Shown here one piece after another: positions 27,014-43,032 of a stretch of DNA of 64,000 bases (positions are counted from its first letter, which is position 1; each line of letters opens with the position of its first letter). Under the pieces are notes generated by a model. That model saw only the letters and a program-made list of their open reading frames with translations. It was not told where the DNA came from and did not search any database. The position numbers and the translations under genes are program-made. Source of the DNA: Catajapyx aquilonaris (taxonomy: Eukaryota); assembly GCA_000934665.2 (NCBI GenBank), contig KZ538485.1, forward strand, positions 1 to 64,000, read 5' to 3'.

Positions 27014-30000
27014 CTGCGAAAATATTAACAAAGGGATTGTGGTCATATGCCAGACCAGGAGTAACGTTACAACTACATTAATTAGTAGGTTAAAGTGCTG
27101 ATAATGGAATTCATACTTAACCGTAACCCCAATTAGAGAGTGTCTGATATAGTATATCCCCTTACGACGGTATAATTAGGCTTAGCGAGACAAGTAAAAC
27201 CATCGCTTTCCATTAGGGGCATTAGAGCTGGGAAGACAAGTTGCAAAGCACACACAAGAGCCAGCAAGCTGAGGAGTTGGGAAAACCGGCTGGATGATGA
27301 TGCAACGACTCAAGTTGCACGAGAGCAATTGATACCTAAGGATCCCCTATATTGTAAGCTCATTTCACTTTCAGGCGCCACCCCTTCCATTCAGTCTCGC
27401 AGAGTCAGCCAACATCAGAAGAAATCCATAGCTCATAAAGTGATGTCAACAACAAGCAGTTATTGCGAACCAGAAGGTATTGGAATCAAATTCAAGCTAA
27501 AGCGCAGCACAATACTAGAAACGTGGTGTGCATTACAACTCCTGACTCGGGAAAAAATTCAACCAAATTATACTAAGCTCTGACACACCTGTTACATATA
27601 CGTATATAGGGTAGGTTCAAATTACGTATACAGAATGTGGGAGTGTTGGCCTAACGTAATTTGATGTAACCTGCAGTAATTCTGTATGCCCCTGTTTTAT
27701 TCCTTTAGCTCTGGGTTCATCCAGCCCGCCTAAAACGATACAGCTATTTTGAAAGTCCTTTTAGCTCCCGGATAAAGCCCACTTGCTCTAAATGACAACA
27801 TGGGATCCTGAGTGCTTCAATTGCCAACTTTTTAGTTAAGCGATTTAAAATGCTAAGTTTATAAACAGCTTTGTTGTAACCATAAGTCACCCTTTTACGA
27901 CTAGCTAAATCCCAAGCTCACTTGCTCGTTTAATATGAGATTTTCCCCAGAATTTACGTTATACTATGTAATCAAATTATGAGCCGACAGGATAATGTGT
28001 CTCCATACTCCATGTATAGGTCCACTGCTCTGTGATGGTTTGTTAGTGTACTCTACATTAGAGTAAGGCTTTGCACATTATAATGCATATATACTGTACC
28101 GGTATATAATAAAATTTAAAAGCAACATATGGCCCATAATATGTAGCCATTCTGTCCTAACCAGAAATAAAGCCATTAACAAAGGAATTAGTTGGATTCA
28201 GGTGTATACAGGAAACTAAGGTTCAAGGCGTCAGGTGACAAACCATTATTTTGTTAAATTGCAAATGTAGTGACATTTTTGCCTCACAATTTAGTGTGAA
28301 AGCTCGAGCCCACTTCATTTAACCTCTTATGGTTATTATTCAGGATCACATCACCATGCAAGAGGCAGCATGAATATTGTGTTATAAGCGTGTAAGTAAG
28401 CGGTTGCATGCAAATGCCGGATTTGGTGTTGCCAGGTATTATACCTGTACAGCGTAATGCTTTGCACCCAAGGCTCTGAATATACCGGTACCTAACTGGC
28501 GGAATTCCCAACAGCTCACTGGTATAACTCCCAGCTGACACGCCATGTACGGTATATATATGCCACTCATCCGCAGCGTTTTTGTGAAATTCAAACAGCT
28601 ATTATCTGTTAACATTTATACAAGGATGTTATTATTTAAAATGTTTAATTAAAAATCAAAATTGATTACTAAAATCCACAGGGAAAAATAACATAATATT
28701 AACTCTTAAGTGTTACTAAATTAATTAATTGTTACTTTATTTTGTAAGGCTCCTAATCCTATTCACATATCCCCCCCCAAATACATGTACAATGAGTAAT
28801 AGTAGTCAGGAGAAGGATTATCACTGCAGCTTTCCACTCCATAAAACAAACACTTGGCGCCCATCACAACCCCCAAATAACACCTCATTTTGAATCACGA
28901 TCTCCTGTTAATGTTCAGATTATTCCAATCCAGGCGTTCATCAAACACAACCACCGGACGATGCTGTGCCGGATCATGGATGCGGCATCATCTCCCGCAT
29001 TTTTAGTACACATTCACTCTACTTATGACCATTTTGTTGCTTTCCTAATCCACATCTGACCGGGTCATGTCCATTGCTACAGAGCGAGAGATTTCCTTGT
29101 TAACGAAATGTATAGGGGGCCCACCTTCCACCCTAATATCAATGTTAATTCGTTTACTAAATTCCTCGCTCTGTCTAGGGATGCATTATTTTCTTAGGGC
29201 CTCATCAAAGGCCGATATTTTGCATATTCATGCCTACGATTCCCCTCAACATACCGCGCTTCATTCTGCGGGTGATTACCAACTGCGAAGTAAATTATTT
29301 GAAATAATTTTCCAGCAGAGCTGCCTGAGAATTGATGAGTCTGACTTTCCCGTTTTCTGCTTCCCTGTGATCCGATATTACTTTTTTTTCGCTTCAAACG
29401 GCCCAGTTTTCCTCAGCAATATTTTCCATCGGCGGTTATTTTTACTGCGAAGAGGTTCAAATTTTAATTATGTCCATAAATTTACAAACAAAGCAGCCAG
29501 TGACCTGAAGCAGGGTTAATCAAATACAAAAGCAACAATGCCTCTGAAACTCCCACGACACTTATTCACGCAAAAATGAGTATGCGCCAACTAGTATTGA
29601 TCTCTATTGGCCTGCATAAATGCAAATGTCAAGAGCGGATCACAATTTTTTAATATTAGTATATGCAGTATATTATTCTGACAATATTTTTGTGAAATTA
29701 GCCAGAGGGCTCGACCATAAAGTATTTATGAATTTATAATGTATGCTTTATGTGTGAGGGACAGCAATTATTGTACCCAGATAGTCGTAAAACCAGCCCT
29801 AGTATCCCTTTTTATTCTAAAAGAATCCTTATAAGGAAGACACAGCAGTGTAATGTGTCTGTCGAGCATTTCTGAAGTAAAGTTGCTGTGTCAACCTGAC
29901 GAGGCCAAGGACTTCAGCTCATCTTTCAGAAAACTCCAATTATCCTGGCGTAATTCATTTCTGTATACTCAATGGACTGCCTCGGGTTTCCATAAATTTA

Positions 30001-33000
30001 ATACAGCCTGAAGCCATGGTGATGCCAGTCTTGAACGACTCAGTGATTAGGCCCATCTAACCTTCCATATAGCGCAGGGAACACCAAAGGACTCGAGACC
30101 CCCACACAAAAAAGGGCTTGTGTAGGCCTTTTATAAAAAGTAAAGTCATTTTCTTTCGAAGCCTGCTGGTGGGGCCAATTCAGCTGGTCAGTTTTGTTCA
30201 ATTATTCTAATATATGCAGCATTTGCATGAATATATTCCGTCAAGCACAAATACGCTTTTATATGCAAAATGAGACCCACAATTTCAGATTCAGGGGCCT
30301 TGATTCGGATTTCCTTCAAATGCTAGCTTTTATGCATACCAGAGAATTTAATGTGTTAAAAAGCACCAGTCACATCCCTAGCGATTAATTATGTATTAAT
30401 AATAAGGCCGTAATTTCATGCAGGTACAGTGCGTGCGGCACGTTTGAGGTGTCAACGAGATAATGTGTGTTTTTTAAAAGTGTTACGTATTGATGTATGC
30501 GACAACTATGGCACGAAATTTTCGTTAAAAAAAAATCCTCGCACGCGACAATTATTCATCCGAGTCCAAATTAAGCCAAATGATACTGATGGAGCAGCAG
30601 GGGCTGTGTTCCAATGGTGATGCAATTAACCACGGTGCTGGCATATTCCGTTTCTTCCGGTGCTAGTGTCTCATAATCGTAATAAGTAGTACGTACATGT
30701 GTGAGTTCAATATGTGACTTGTTGGTGACTTCCGAGGGTTCCAGGAGCATGGTAAGCCAGGCTATCAGATTACACTTATTTTTCCAATCTAAAATTCGTA
30801 AGCCAATCCTGTACAGCAAAAACTTTGGGATCCTAACTTTTGCGTAGGCAACGCAAACATCCGACCGGGTATCCTTTTGTGTGCAGAAAAGCTAATGTCA
30901 ACAACGCACTGCACAGCAGATCAGATCTGATTGCCTAACGATGAGTTTGATTAAAGGAAAGGGCAGGCATTGCAGACATCGGTAGTCCCTATGCGCGAGG
31001 GATGGAGCAGGGATCGAGCACTGGCCTTTCCTGGCTTGGCTTGGCTGCACGGTTGCCAAAATCGAAGGAACCCCATCGGACGAAATGATCCCATCAATCC
31101 GTGGCTGGGCAGGATGCAGGGCTGCCAGGTGGACGGGAGATCCTCCCCAGCTCCTCCTATAGCAACCTGGTAACCATGCCCGGCGTGTTCCTCTATCCAT
31201 CTCTGGGCGTCGGAGGAAGAATTCCTCTGGCCTCCCTGGCCGCAATGCGTCACGGGATCCTTTTATTTCTTGGCCTCTCCCGCCTGCCAAAATGTCCCAA
31301 GAGGAAGGGACGCTTCCTCACCTGCCCTTTCTCTCCAAGGAACTACCTCAACGCCTTTTGCCAGAGAGAGAAAAAAAGGTGTAACCACCAAGGAGGCGTC
31401 TTTTGCTGTGTACTAATGATATGTGCGCCTGGCAACAAGCCACGGTCCTAAAAATTCACGAGGAGATCCCCAGGGGTTTGCTTACATTATATTTCTTTCG
31501 GAGAGCCGCCTCTGTCTGGCTGCTTAATGTTTCAGTGTACTTGATGTGATAGTCACGTGGCATTTCGGGGGTGGTGCATTATTTATTTGGCCCTGAAGTT
31601 GTGGGTTTGTGCGGGATCATTGAAAAGGCCATAACCTTTCCTGAATTGCGAAGATGGTTTGGTCTCGGAGCAAATTCCTCGATGGTTGGATGTTATTATT
31701 AAGTCAGCTTAGGATAATCGCTGCAATGGGGAAATGCATATTGTGCTAACATATTTGTACTTGACACACACTAAAATGCGAGCAAGGGCTGGACAGCACA
31801 AGCAGTGGCATGCTGATAATGTTTCATGATATTGGATCGCAATGCAAGCATTGTCTGTTGGTGTCATATTCTCAAAGCGTCGCATAAAAGCTTAAGGTAT
31901 ACCAATGTCATTGGTGCGGGCGCAACTTCAGAACCTATTCAGACACCATATTTAATCATAGAATATTTAGGCACTCCCAGACATGAGAACACTTTGAAAC
32001 GATACAGTGTAACAAAAGCAGCAAATTATCGATTTTACTCAAAGTTTTAGCACCATCGCATACTTTCGATTTTCTTTTTTTTTCTTTTTGGACATATAAT
32101 CGATCCGCCTATCCAGTTTATCCATCACATCGGCACAGCCACCCTCCTTACGTAAAATCCACTTGTGCTCATGGTGTCATGCACATGCAATGTATTCTTC
32201 CATCAATTAACCCTTCTCCCTTGGTAGCAAAATGTGACACGACTTTACCAAAAATGACCTAATTATTTCAAATAATTAATTATGACATGCCTGTACAGTA
32301 CAGAACATATTTTGCTAAAATGATGACACCCCGTTGTTGCTAGTAGAAACCTCTGATAGCTAGTCAATAATTTTTAAGGTAAAGCGTTTTAAAAGTATGA
32401 TCAGCTTTTCTTTCACTAAAATTTCTTTTGCATCCAGTGCTGTGAGTGAAATGAGCAGTATTGCTTTGAAACATATAATTACACAAAATGTGATATGCTC
32501 AAATGATTTTCGAGCCTAACAAGCAAATCAGGGTTTTTTCGCAGTGCAAAGTTGCCGTGCACATTTTTGTGATGTAATTTGAAGCTCATTAGTGTCGTAC
32601 TACATGATCATAAACAATTCGATTATTAATTCATGCAAGAGACGAATCGATTAGTGTTGCTCTAATGATTATTAGCATTCGCAGTGGAGAATGACGTTAT
32701 CTTTTTCAGGCATAAGCGATGCGATTTTTTTTTTTTTTGGTAGGTTAACATGCTGAAGAAGGGTCACTATTTTCGCCTACCAACTGGGAAACTCACCATG
32801 CATTGCAGTTGTAACACATTACTATGTTCATGAGTAACAGGTGGTTGGTTCAACATCAACTGTAATTTATGAGCGGTCTTATAGATACGCCACAGTTTAT
32901 CTCGGAAATTGACTGCTGCGAATCTCAGGATTCACCTTGGTTCTGGCAGGTCCGGGTGACTTCCATACGTTTTGGGACAGAAAATCGATGGCTGCATTTT

Positions 33001-36000
33001 GTACAGCCCACGGAAGAAGCTTTTGTCCGCCTTCGGTGTCCCAGAAAAAGAGAAGGAAAAAAAAGAAATGGCGGGAATTGATGGGAGGAGTCGTTTCCTC
33101 TCCCACTGTGGCATCACTTACATGCCACTTTGATACTGGTGGCTGGTGGCTGCGGACCACAATCTGGTCACTATTCTTACTAGATGGTTATAACAGGTGG
33201 TTATTAGTAACTTAAGAGTGTCTGCACAACCTGTGTAAAAATCAGGTAGCATATGTATTGGTAGGGCAGTGTACTCTGCAGCATCTTGATAATCAATATG
33301 GCCGTTGCGACAACGCGAGAGTGCAGTAGGCATAGCAGGACTAGTGCCCTATAGAGGGCGATATATTATGCCGGGGCTGTTTAGTAAAGTAAGGTACACG
33401 TTGCGGCACCCATTTTACTTGTACGATTTAATTGTCACATGAAATATGCGGGCCCAGACTGAAAAATACTCTTCATGCGGGGTATCGCATGGCAAAAAGC
33501 AAAAGCATGTAACTTCGGGTCCATTAAATCTGTGACAGTCCTAGTCGTTCTGCCTCTACAATTTTAGGCTCCCATTTTCTGCCGCATTCCGTGACTCGCA
33601 CATTGCCCAAATCGATCTGGCAAAACTTATTACGGTACATTGAAAGCTACTGTTTCCATTACTCCTCCTTCCGGATTTGCTTCCGTGATGCCCGCTAGCG
33701 ACATTTCCTGCCATTCTGCACATGTCACAAATCAAAAGGTAATTCTCGCTAATTAAATCCAGCTAGTCTACAATAGTATTCCCTGTTGTGACAATTACGT
33801 AGCCCCATGGGTGCATCTGGACTTGCACAATTTTTCACCCAGTCATAACTCATCACAAACAAGCTGACGCAGCCAGCATGTGCCTAACTGTTCGTTCAAG
33901 TGTAAACACAAGGTGATCAGAGTAATGCGTAAAAAAGGGTCATGCGGTTGATTTCATGCAAAAAAAATACGGTAATGGAAAAATTTCCTTTATTTCTGGT
34001 TTAATGGAGTTGGAATTGCCACTGACCGCCTGGAAAGGTCTGATATTGGACCTGTTTTTACAGGCCATGAAAGGAAAGGGTGCTTGATATACTGCACTGT
34101 AATAATGCAATGCGAAAGGCGATCCACCAAATGGAAAACTGACGGACAGTGCGGTGTATTATCATTAGAGGATAACGATTACTGTACAGCGTTATTTTGC
34201 CATGTTGTAAGGCTCATTGTGACGTATATTCCTTGTCGTGGTTATACTCTTCTTCGTATCTTGCCCACTAGCACCCACCATTGGGTGTGTCACTGGACTG
34301 TGAACTGATTTATCACCTGCCAACTCCCCTGGAAATTGCAACCGCAGCATTGCCATCAATCGTCGACATATTTCACGACAATTCAGGTGTTTTTTTACAC
34401 ATTTACCTACTAAATACAGTATATGTAAATTACAAGTGTTAGGAGATAACAGAAGCTTGTTAGTGAATACTGACCACCCAACTGTACAAAAGGAGGCTAT
34501 GACCTTGAATTCATCCTTGCTGGCCCGCAACTCAAGAGCCTCTCCTGTTCAATTTACAACATACTTTACAGGGGCAATGATGTGTTGGGAGAGCTTGTGA
34601 GACATACGGTAACTGTAACATTTTCATAGTAATCATAGCTTAATTTACGCATAAACGTTACAAATTAATATTATTTCCTTCGCTGTCAGCACGCTTTCAT
34701 CATTTCTTGTCGCCATTTTTGTTCCGGTGAACGTATATTATTTATTTTACTGATCAGAGCAGGGTACACTATGTTCATCAACATCATGCGTCTACGTAAT
34801 CAACGTGAATACCTATATCCCGCGGTTTGCGGTTCCCCCGACTCCACCTTTGTTTATAACAGCGCGACACTGACACTATTTCCCACTCCCTTACTGACGG
34901 TACACGGAGCAAAACCACAACGCATGGCATTAAACTAATGAAACATTAAACGCACGACAAATCAGAAGCCGTTCTAAGCATATTGCACCACCAGGTATGC
35001 CAGTTTCAACGAAGTTTACCCAAAATTCATTAGCATAATGAAGTCCTCCTGTCACTACCGAGTGTATACGTTAGCAAGCATATGCAATACTGACACCACT
35101 TTCAAAACGGCTAGTGAGAAAATGACGTACAGTCGCCCCATATCATAAATCTCTCCCAAAAAGTGGGGTGCAGTTTCATGAAGCCACCGTGTTTGAAAGC
35201 CGAGCTGTAGCATTGGGTAACACCTGCGATGAAAGCAACATGGGCTAAGTTCCCCCAAAGTCAGTAAGAAAGGCAAAGTGGTCTTTTGAGCGCCGAGTGC
35301 GAGCAGAGCGCAGTTCTGCACAGGACACATCCAGTAGCAAAAAGCTTATTTCTCTTCTTTTGGACCCCGTGCCTTGCCTGCCTTGCCTGTGCCTCCTCCG
35401 TCCCTTTCCCAGGCTGCAGATGAAACACGGAGAATCCATCGATTTTGTGGAAACTGGGAGGATGGCCTCAGAGATACCGTATTGTGCCCTCAGAACATGC
35501 TGCCGACCTGCTACCCACAACTACTCTTTTCAAAGGGGCATCCTTAGAAAGTGGGGGAGGTCTTGTTCAATAATAACAGCAGGCCCGGATGTAACAACAC
35601 CCAAATGCATTACGTTTCTGTAGCTATTTTGTCGGACCAAATTATGTGCCTTGGACCATGTGTGGCTGATGGAGTGTTCCTGCTCTTTATTCCCTTAGGT
35701 GAACATTTTGTACCACTCTGTATGTTACAATGTATAATTTCCTAACATTCCGAGATATGAAAGACGAAATCGTCCAGTAAATTGTAAACAATTCAACTTA
35801 TGTCATTCATAATGGCATAATGGTACAATCACTAAGGCTGGTGGTACAATTATTTTTCCAGTTGCTGAAAGAGCCATAAATCTACTCCATTAGAGCTCTG
35901 TGAGCATATAGTCTACTCTACTGTACGGGGTATTATCATTCGTAATCCTAGTGTCACATAAAATATTTACCAAGGACTAATTCAAAAATACGCCCTTATT

Positions 36001-37936
36001 GTGTAATGGGCCTGATGGCATCCAAATGTGAGGCAGAAGTAATGAATGCTGCTCACGCAACTGTTCCTGAAATAATTAAGCCTAAAGCATTGCAACAGGC
36101 GTGTAGTTTTATATGATGTGCTGGTACTTTTGATGGTGTGTCACGGAAAAACGCTTGGTTGTGTATCCATCTATGTAATTACTGTCCTATTATTCTAAGT
36201 TGTTACCATTTAAAAATATAAATGGTCTTACCTGACTAGGTTTAGAATTTTTAAATTGGGAGAATGGCTGTGTACTGTATATCTCTGAATATCAATATCA
36301 ATTACACCAGAGAAGATCTTGCGTATCATGTGCATGACGATACCTCATCTTAACGAAAATGTGCAACAGAAACCTCATGTCGATGACTCCAAAGGGTCTA
36401 TGCCTAGGCCACAAGCTTCTAAAATTCAGGGTCAAAACTCTCGCAGCACCCTACTGGCGCCATAATAGATTCTTCAAAACTTGAAAATTATCAAAGACTT
36501 CATGGGCAGCAACCTGCTGGTAAAAGTACCTGTCTCTGCAGGTGGTTGAGCTGCAGCGATGCCTATAATGATCCAGTATTTTACTTGCACTGCTTGTCAG
36601 ACGCCTGCACTTCCTTAAACACTCTCCAGAATTGACACTCCCTTTCACTTTTTACTCACAAACGAGGGAAATAAACAATTCCTTTCCGTCGAGTCTAGTG
36701 CCTGTCCTTGCGTAAGCGTCTCGTGGGCATCCTTAATAGCGCATAAGTGTCTGCAGTACGAGAGGAGTCCCACTGTTCCTTTCTGCTTGATTGGTCTCCA
36801 TGGTTGCCACAGATTATTCTCCTCTCTCTCTCTCTCTCTCTCTAGTCTATCCTTTCCCCCTCCCCTCCCTCCCCTCCACACCATCCTCCTCTCTTTCTCC
36901 TCTGAATAGTTTATCATTTGGCGGGGCTCCGGATTATTCCCCAGTTTGCCAGGAGCTCAGACCTTGATCCTTATATCTGAATAATCCACGGCCGCCATCC
37001 ATCATTCAGCCATTTTCTACAAACCCGCCACAGAACAAGGCCCAAAAAGACACCACCTTAGTCCACTAGACTTTAAAGGATGTGCGCGAAATAAACGTTC
37101 CTCCATTTACTTATATCACTTATGCAAGCTCGCATGTGCTGGTGAGACGCTTAACAGTGTAAATTATATCAGTGTTGGTTAGTTCGTTAAGTTCTACGAA
37201 TGATTATGATTTATTTAGTCTTCCACAGTAATCTTACAAATGTCACAATTAATAAGCATGTATTCAATGAATTATTCTGTACTTACAGTACTACATATGA
37301 AACCAATATTTATTGTTACCGCAGAAATGATGAGAGTACAATTTTCAGTGTGTATGTTATCAACCAATAACAAATAAAATGTAATTTAAAAACCGTCCCA
37401 CGTTTAGAATGACTTGTATGAGGATATAAATTGCACAAAAATTGCAACCATGGATGTAATATAAAATCAATAGGCACAAACGGAGTTTCACTTCATTACA
37501 GCATGAAAACCATTCTTTAAAATTATGGTATACCACGGTGAAACAAACTCTTGAGCAGGTCTTTCAGACAAGATTTAGCCCCTCTTGGTATCACTGCGCT
37601 GATAAAATACAAGTACAAACCCTTGACACCCTGGAGGGTTTCGATATACAACCGCAGCCTCTACTCATTTCCCCCTTTATCCAGCAATTTTTCAAAAATC
37701 ATAAAACAACTTCCTTTTACAGTCATGCAAGCTAACCATTACTGTCAGTCGCAGAATCAGCCCCTCGGCCCAATGATTCTGCATCGTCATGAAAATGTTG
37801 AAGAGAGCTGAGTTTCCCCTTTAATACTGGGTCCCTAATAAAGCTAAGAGGTGCATCAGTCATAGTGACCCTGCATAGAGGGAGAGAGGGAAAGAGCAGC
37901 ATGCAGCGTACGTAAAATGTGCACCTCCCCCCCCCC

Positions 37937-38093
37937 NNNNNNNNNNNNNNNNNNNNNNNNNNNNNNNNNNNNNNNNNNNNNNNNNNNNNNNNNNNNNNNN
38001 NNNNNNNNNNNNNNNNNNNNNNNNNNNNNNNNNNNNNNNNNNNNNNNNNNNNNNNNNNNNNNNNNNNNNNNNNNNNNNNNNNNNNNNNNNNNN
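37937..38093. other. Assembly gap (157 N)
   Basis: N run between a poly-C tract and (GA)n. Confidence 0.99.

Positions 38094-38139
<46 letters not shown>
38094..38139. repeat. (GA)n microsatellite bordering an assembly gap
   Basis: Direct reading. Confidence 0.95.
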
Positions 38140-38144
<5 letters not shown>

Positions 38145-41100
38145 AAAATTGGGAGGCCTCCTACAGATCACATTCAATGTAAGCCTGCATTTAAACTTAA
38201 AGGGAATGTAGCTGCGCAGCTGGTTTAGAGAGGGAAATGTGCAGTAGTGTTCTTTGTAATTAGACAGGATGTGCGGTGGAGTCTTGGAAGGTGTACAAGT
38301 CAGATATGCTAATGCTTCATGCTTCACTGGTGCTGAGAATTATGCGTATACTTGCTCTGATGTTATTGTGGCATTATGCAGGGTAATGAATAATGCACTA
38401 GGAATAAATATGGCACTAAGGACTGGAATAATTACACTTTGCACATACTCTACGAAAAACAATTGTAACAACCGCTAATAACCCTGCCCAGCCTTGTCTA
38501 ACCATGCACTACACCCCCATAAATTATTAATACTGTATATTTAGAGTGCGGTTTTTACTGTCTAAAACAAGTCCATTAATTCCTTTTTGTTTGCTTCCCC
38601 GTGAGAGCATGCCTATACCTACTGGCCTTGCAAGTGTTGCCAAACTTCATTCACTTTGAATACCCCAGTGTGCTAAGAGAAGAACAACAGACGCAAGGTT
38701 GGGGCGGGTACAGGTAACGCTTTTATCATGCATGCGGATACCTTTTTTTTCTATAAAGGTGTGAAGGTAGCAAAGTTGAAGGGTGTGGGAGGTGGGTAGA
38801 TTACGACCTGTGCTTTTGCGCCATGGGATCAATAAAATGCCATGTTGCTCCCCCCCCCCCTCATCTCCGCCTCCTCTTTTTTTCTCTCACTTGTTATTCC
38901 ATCTCTGCTGTGAATGCAATACGATCTGTCGCACAATTGGTGACCTTTTCTCCTGAAAGTGGGGCATGGTGGGCATCCATGCAAGCAACATGTCGGATCA
39001 ACACACGTGACACTACCGGATGGTTGTATCGTCGAATTTATTGATCGTCCCCGATCGGTTTGGGTTTAGATTCACCTGCGAAACAGTCCGATAGAAATCA
39101 AAGTCAGTGGTGTTTCCTCCACTTCCCTTTTTTTCCCCATCCCCACCTCCCACCCCTTCCTATTCCCCCCACTCTCTATCTCTATCTCACTACGAGATAA
39201 TTTCCCAGAGTGCAAGTTCGGATGCGGGGTTTCATCCCATACCCTACCCATGGGCTTTCTGTGGAAGCCGCTTTTCTGGGCTCCAGATGGATATACACAC
39301 ATCTTCCGGCTTTCTGTAAACATGGGTCGAACAGGCTCCTCTTTTCCAACCAGCACGAACGTTATTTTTCCGCCGGTAGTCTGGTGACCTCGGTTCCTAT
39401 TTTCCGCGCAGATACAGTACACTTATGCTCATGTCTTCATGTTACAAAGAAGCACAACGTCTCATTTGTAGACATAAGAGTGTATTATTTGTGTGAGTAA
39501 TGATCAGAAAAATCCATATTGAAAATGGAATGTATTTGCAGCATAAAATTTTTACAGTTGTGATTAGGTTAAACGAAATGCTCAAATCCCTGGCCTGGCA
39601 ACCGCAAGCAATTGATTGTGCCATTTGGCTTTGATTTGTTATGCCGCTCATAGCGTTTGCGAAAATTGATGCGTGTTTACAAGGACCTACAACAATATTA
39701 TCGCGGGACACAAGCTCTGGCCCAATCATATGCAAAAAAAATATCCAAAAATAATACCGACCACTGGAGTGATTATTTTTATTGCTGATCAATTCTGTAC
39801 TTGTGATGCTTGACATGATGCGAGCAAATTTTTTTAAAATAATATTAAATGCTTGCGTACTAATTGATTGTTCATTCTGCTTCACATTTGGTACAATCGG
39901 AATCTGTTGAAAATATTCTGCCAAAATGACACGAAATGTTCGGAATGTTAACTGCTGATGTGCTAATGTGACATGTTGGATGTCCCCCAAAATGGTCTGA
40001 TTGTGGGGGTGTTCCATGGGTATGTAGTGGAGATATGTGTGTGAAAGGGAGAGGTTAGGATTTGGAAAAGGGGGGTAAGGGGAGTGGGGGGTGGTGTAAA
40101 TTCCGCAAGATGGCGGCTGCGATGGTCTATGGGGGGCGATCGATGACACAGAGTAGCGTTAGAAACAGGTGGAACCTTCGGCAATTTCGTGACCCTGAGA
40201 AATTAGTTTGTCATGGAAAGGCATATACTATAAAGCACGGTAATTGATCAGCAGCTAATTATCATGGTTAATTACCTATCACAAATTAATTTCGTGGGGA
40301 TTGACTCGCTGTGAATATCAAGCTGACTGATCTGAATTTTGGACAACGGCATAAAAGGGCTTTTTAGATTTCGGTCGCTAATTAATATGCGATTTCAACA
40401 TGTTTTAAATTAATAAACAAAAACCATTTGATATTTTAAAACAAGTCTGCAATCAATATGCAACACTGAATGCTTATAACGGCACAGTTCCACTGACACA
40501 TGTACTCTGGAGCAAATATTTTCTCGGCCATCATTTTCATCTGTCGTTCTTATGAAAGTGTCCCCAACAGTATTTGGTCGACAGTACGTTAATAACATGA
40601 ACGTTCCGAACACGACCACAAAATTGACAAATACGTTGGAATTGTTGAATATTTTCTCCGAATATTATATGAGAAGAAAATAATGGATCAGGCACAAAGA
40701 ATGTAAGAAAACAGGGCTAGAGAAATTGTGTTATATGCAAGCCAGGAAAATATGTAGCGCCATCCTTACTAAAGCCTAGAAAGTGTTTTTTAAATCGATA
40801 AATAATACTACATCACAACAAACTTAACGATTTCCCGTGGCGGAAAACATACTAAATATTCTATCAATATGTCAATTTTAGCTGCATTTATTGCGGATTT
40901 TATAATATCCTCGCTTACCCTGGCACATTCACATGGACCCCACCAGTTTTCTTAAGTCTTATTACTACCTGTACGGTACCTAAAGTTAGCTGGCATAACA
41001 CTGGACATTTTAAATAGGTTTTCGTTTACATGTAAAAAGACTGCGATGACTGCTCTCTGAAGTGTTATACACGTCAATTTATTTTCTGTGGGCTACAGTG

Positions 41101-43030
41101 TCATAGAGAAATCTTCATAAGAGACACTCCAAAAATGCAAAACCATTGGCGAGGTCAAGCGTATAAGTACAAAATCAAAATTAAATTTTATGACTGTGAG
41201 AAATGGGTCGTGCATGATGTTCCTCCCACACCCAGCAAGGGAACTATAGTATGCGCAAGATAACATGCACGTATGAAATCCTGGTCGCTTGCATTAGGGC
41301 TCCCGGGGGCTTCTGGGGCATGCGCTCTTTTGGGCAGTATACGTTACATAGCGGTGTATCCCGGAATAACTTCCCGTCATGTCATCGAGGTGTTTGATGC
41401 TACACGTGCGGTATAGTTACGAGGGCCTCTAACCATGGGGAATCCGACAGACAGACAGCCCAGTCCTTGATCCATCTCTGCAGTAGAACAATGACCACGC
41501 TTTCCTTTTCTTTTTTCTGCTGAGAACAGCAGCATCTTTGGATGCCACTTGCAAGTTCGGATGAACTACAGTATTTTGTTACTTCGGCTCTGGCAATATG
41601 CCGAGTCGTCGAACGATAACTCTGGTCTTGGAAGGGAAGAAGTGGTTGCAATACATTCCATCCATGGAGACGGGACTTGGTATTGGGACACCCACCTGTG
41701 CCTCTCGCGAATACAACACTCGCCAAACACATGATAAAATCGCCTGTATCATCATTTGCAGACTTCCAGAGGGCCCATGTCAAAGAGTGTCTGGCTTGTC
41801 CCCTTTGCCCTAATATCGTCTTCATCTTCCTCGCTACGCCGGTATGGTCCATCCAAGGAAACATTCTCCATCTCCATTGTCCGACCGAATCTTCAAGCAG
41901 AGCAGGTACATGAGCCGCAAAGCATCTGGCCTCTGCTCACCTCTCACCATAGTTGATTGCCATATTCTGAAGATCTGCTAAGGCTATGCTGTTCCAGAAC
42001 ATCAGTTCCTCGCAATGGAGCTATGCTTGTCCCCATCATATTTAGCCCCCTGCTCGGAATGTAAGGAAACTCAGGACCACGACCTGACGTGCCATCTCAA
42101 CTGAGGGGAGGGGATGATGGCCTTTCTTCCCTGCTTCTCGGCACAAAAGGAAACCAGTTGGAGCTCCTTCCTCTTCGTGAAGAAAAATTGATAAGTGCAG
42201 CTTGTGAATCAGTCGTGTACACTCAGGCAGTTATGTCCCTTCTAGTAAAATGACAATACCATCATTAGGAAGAGCACGTTCTGCTTATTGTATGCTGTCA
42301 GTGCCAGGAGATGAAAGTACGTGATCCAGGTAAGTTACACTACAGAGCTGTGTTAGTGTTTTTTATAGACAGCCGGTAGACATACCTGTTAGACTATCAG
42401 ACAATCCGTTACACAGCAATATTTTGTTACATTTCTAGAGTAAGACCAACTGCAATATTTGAAATATGGTGACTGACATCTTTGATTTTCCTGAGGCAGT
42501 ATACTTTAGACGTCATGCAGAAACCTCGTCGCTAAGAAGCGCCGCGCTGTTTCCACTGATCTGTCACATCGGATTGACAAGCATTTTTTGATGTGAAGAT
42601 TTATTTCTTATGAAAGTCAGTAACGTTTAATAAATAATTATGTCACACTAAAATGAAATTTAACTTAGATAAAGCTATTAACCAAGTTTAAAGTCATGCA
42701 AGATAATAGCCCAGCATGGTTATAGCCTTGCTACCTGGATGCTTCTGTACTGCATCTAACAGGACTGTCCTCCTCTTTCAACAAGTACGGTATACATTAG
42801 CAGAAAAATCACAGGAAATTTAATCCTATGGGTCATACAGTAATATCCTGACACTAGAGGTAAATACAGTATCAGAATGTGCCGCTCTCTTTCTGTCAAC
42901 ATTATACAACCACCCGCCCTATATCCAAAAATATTTTCAAGCTTCTGTTCAAGACACTGGCACCAATATAGCAGATGCTTAACCTGGGTCTGACTGTGCC
43001 CATTTTCCTGTAAGGCGAATCTTAATTGGT

Positions 43031-43032
<2 letters not shown>

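Noticed and set aside
34290..34716. aaaaATGGCG start and exon-like fragments on the minus strand
   Set aside because: Cannot be assembled into a credible reading frame; possibly decayed transposon sequence.
39442..40149. Longest ORF in the track (235 aa, minus strand)
   Set aside because: No recognisable motif, non-ATG start, composition like random intronic translation, no supporting splice structure.
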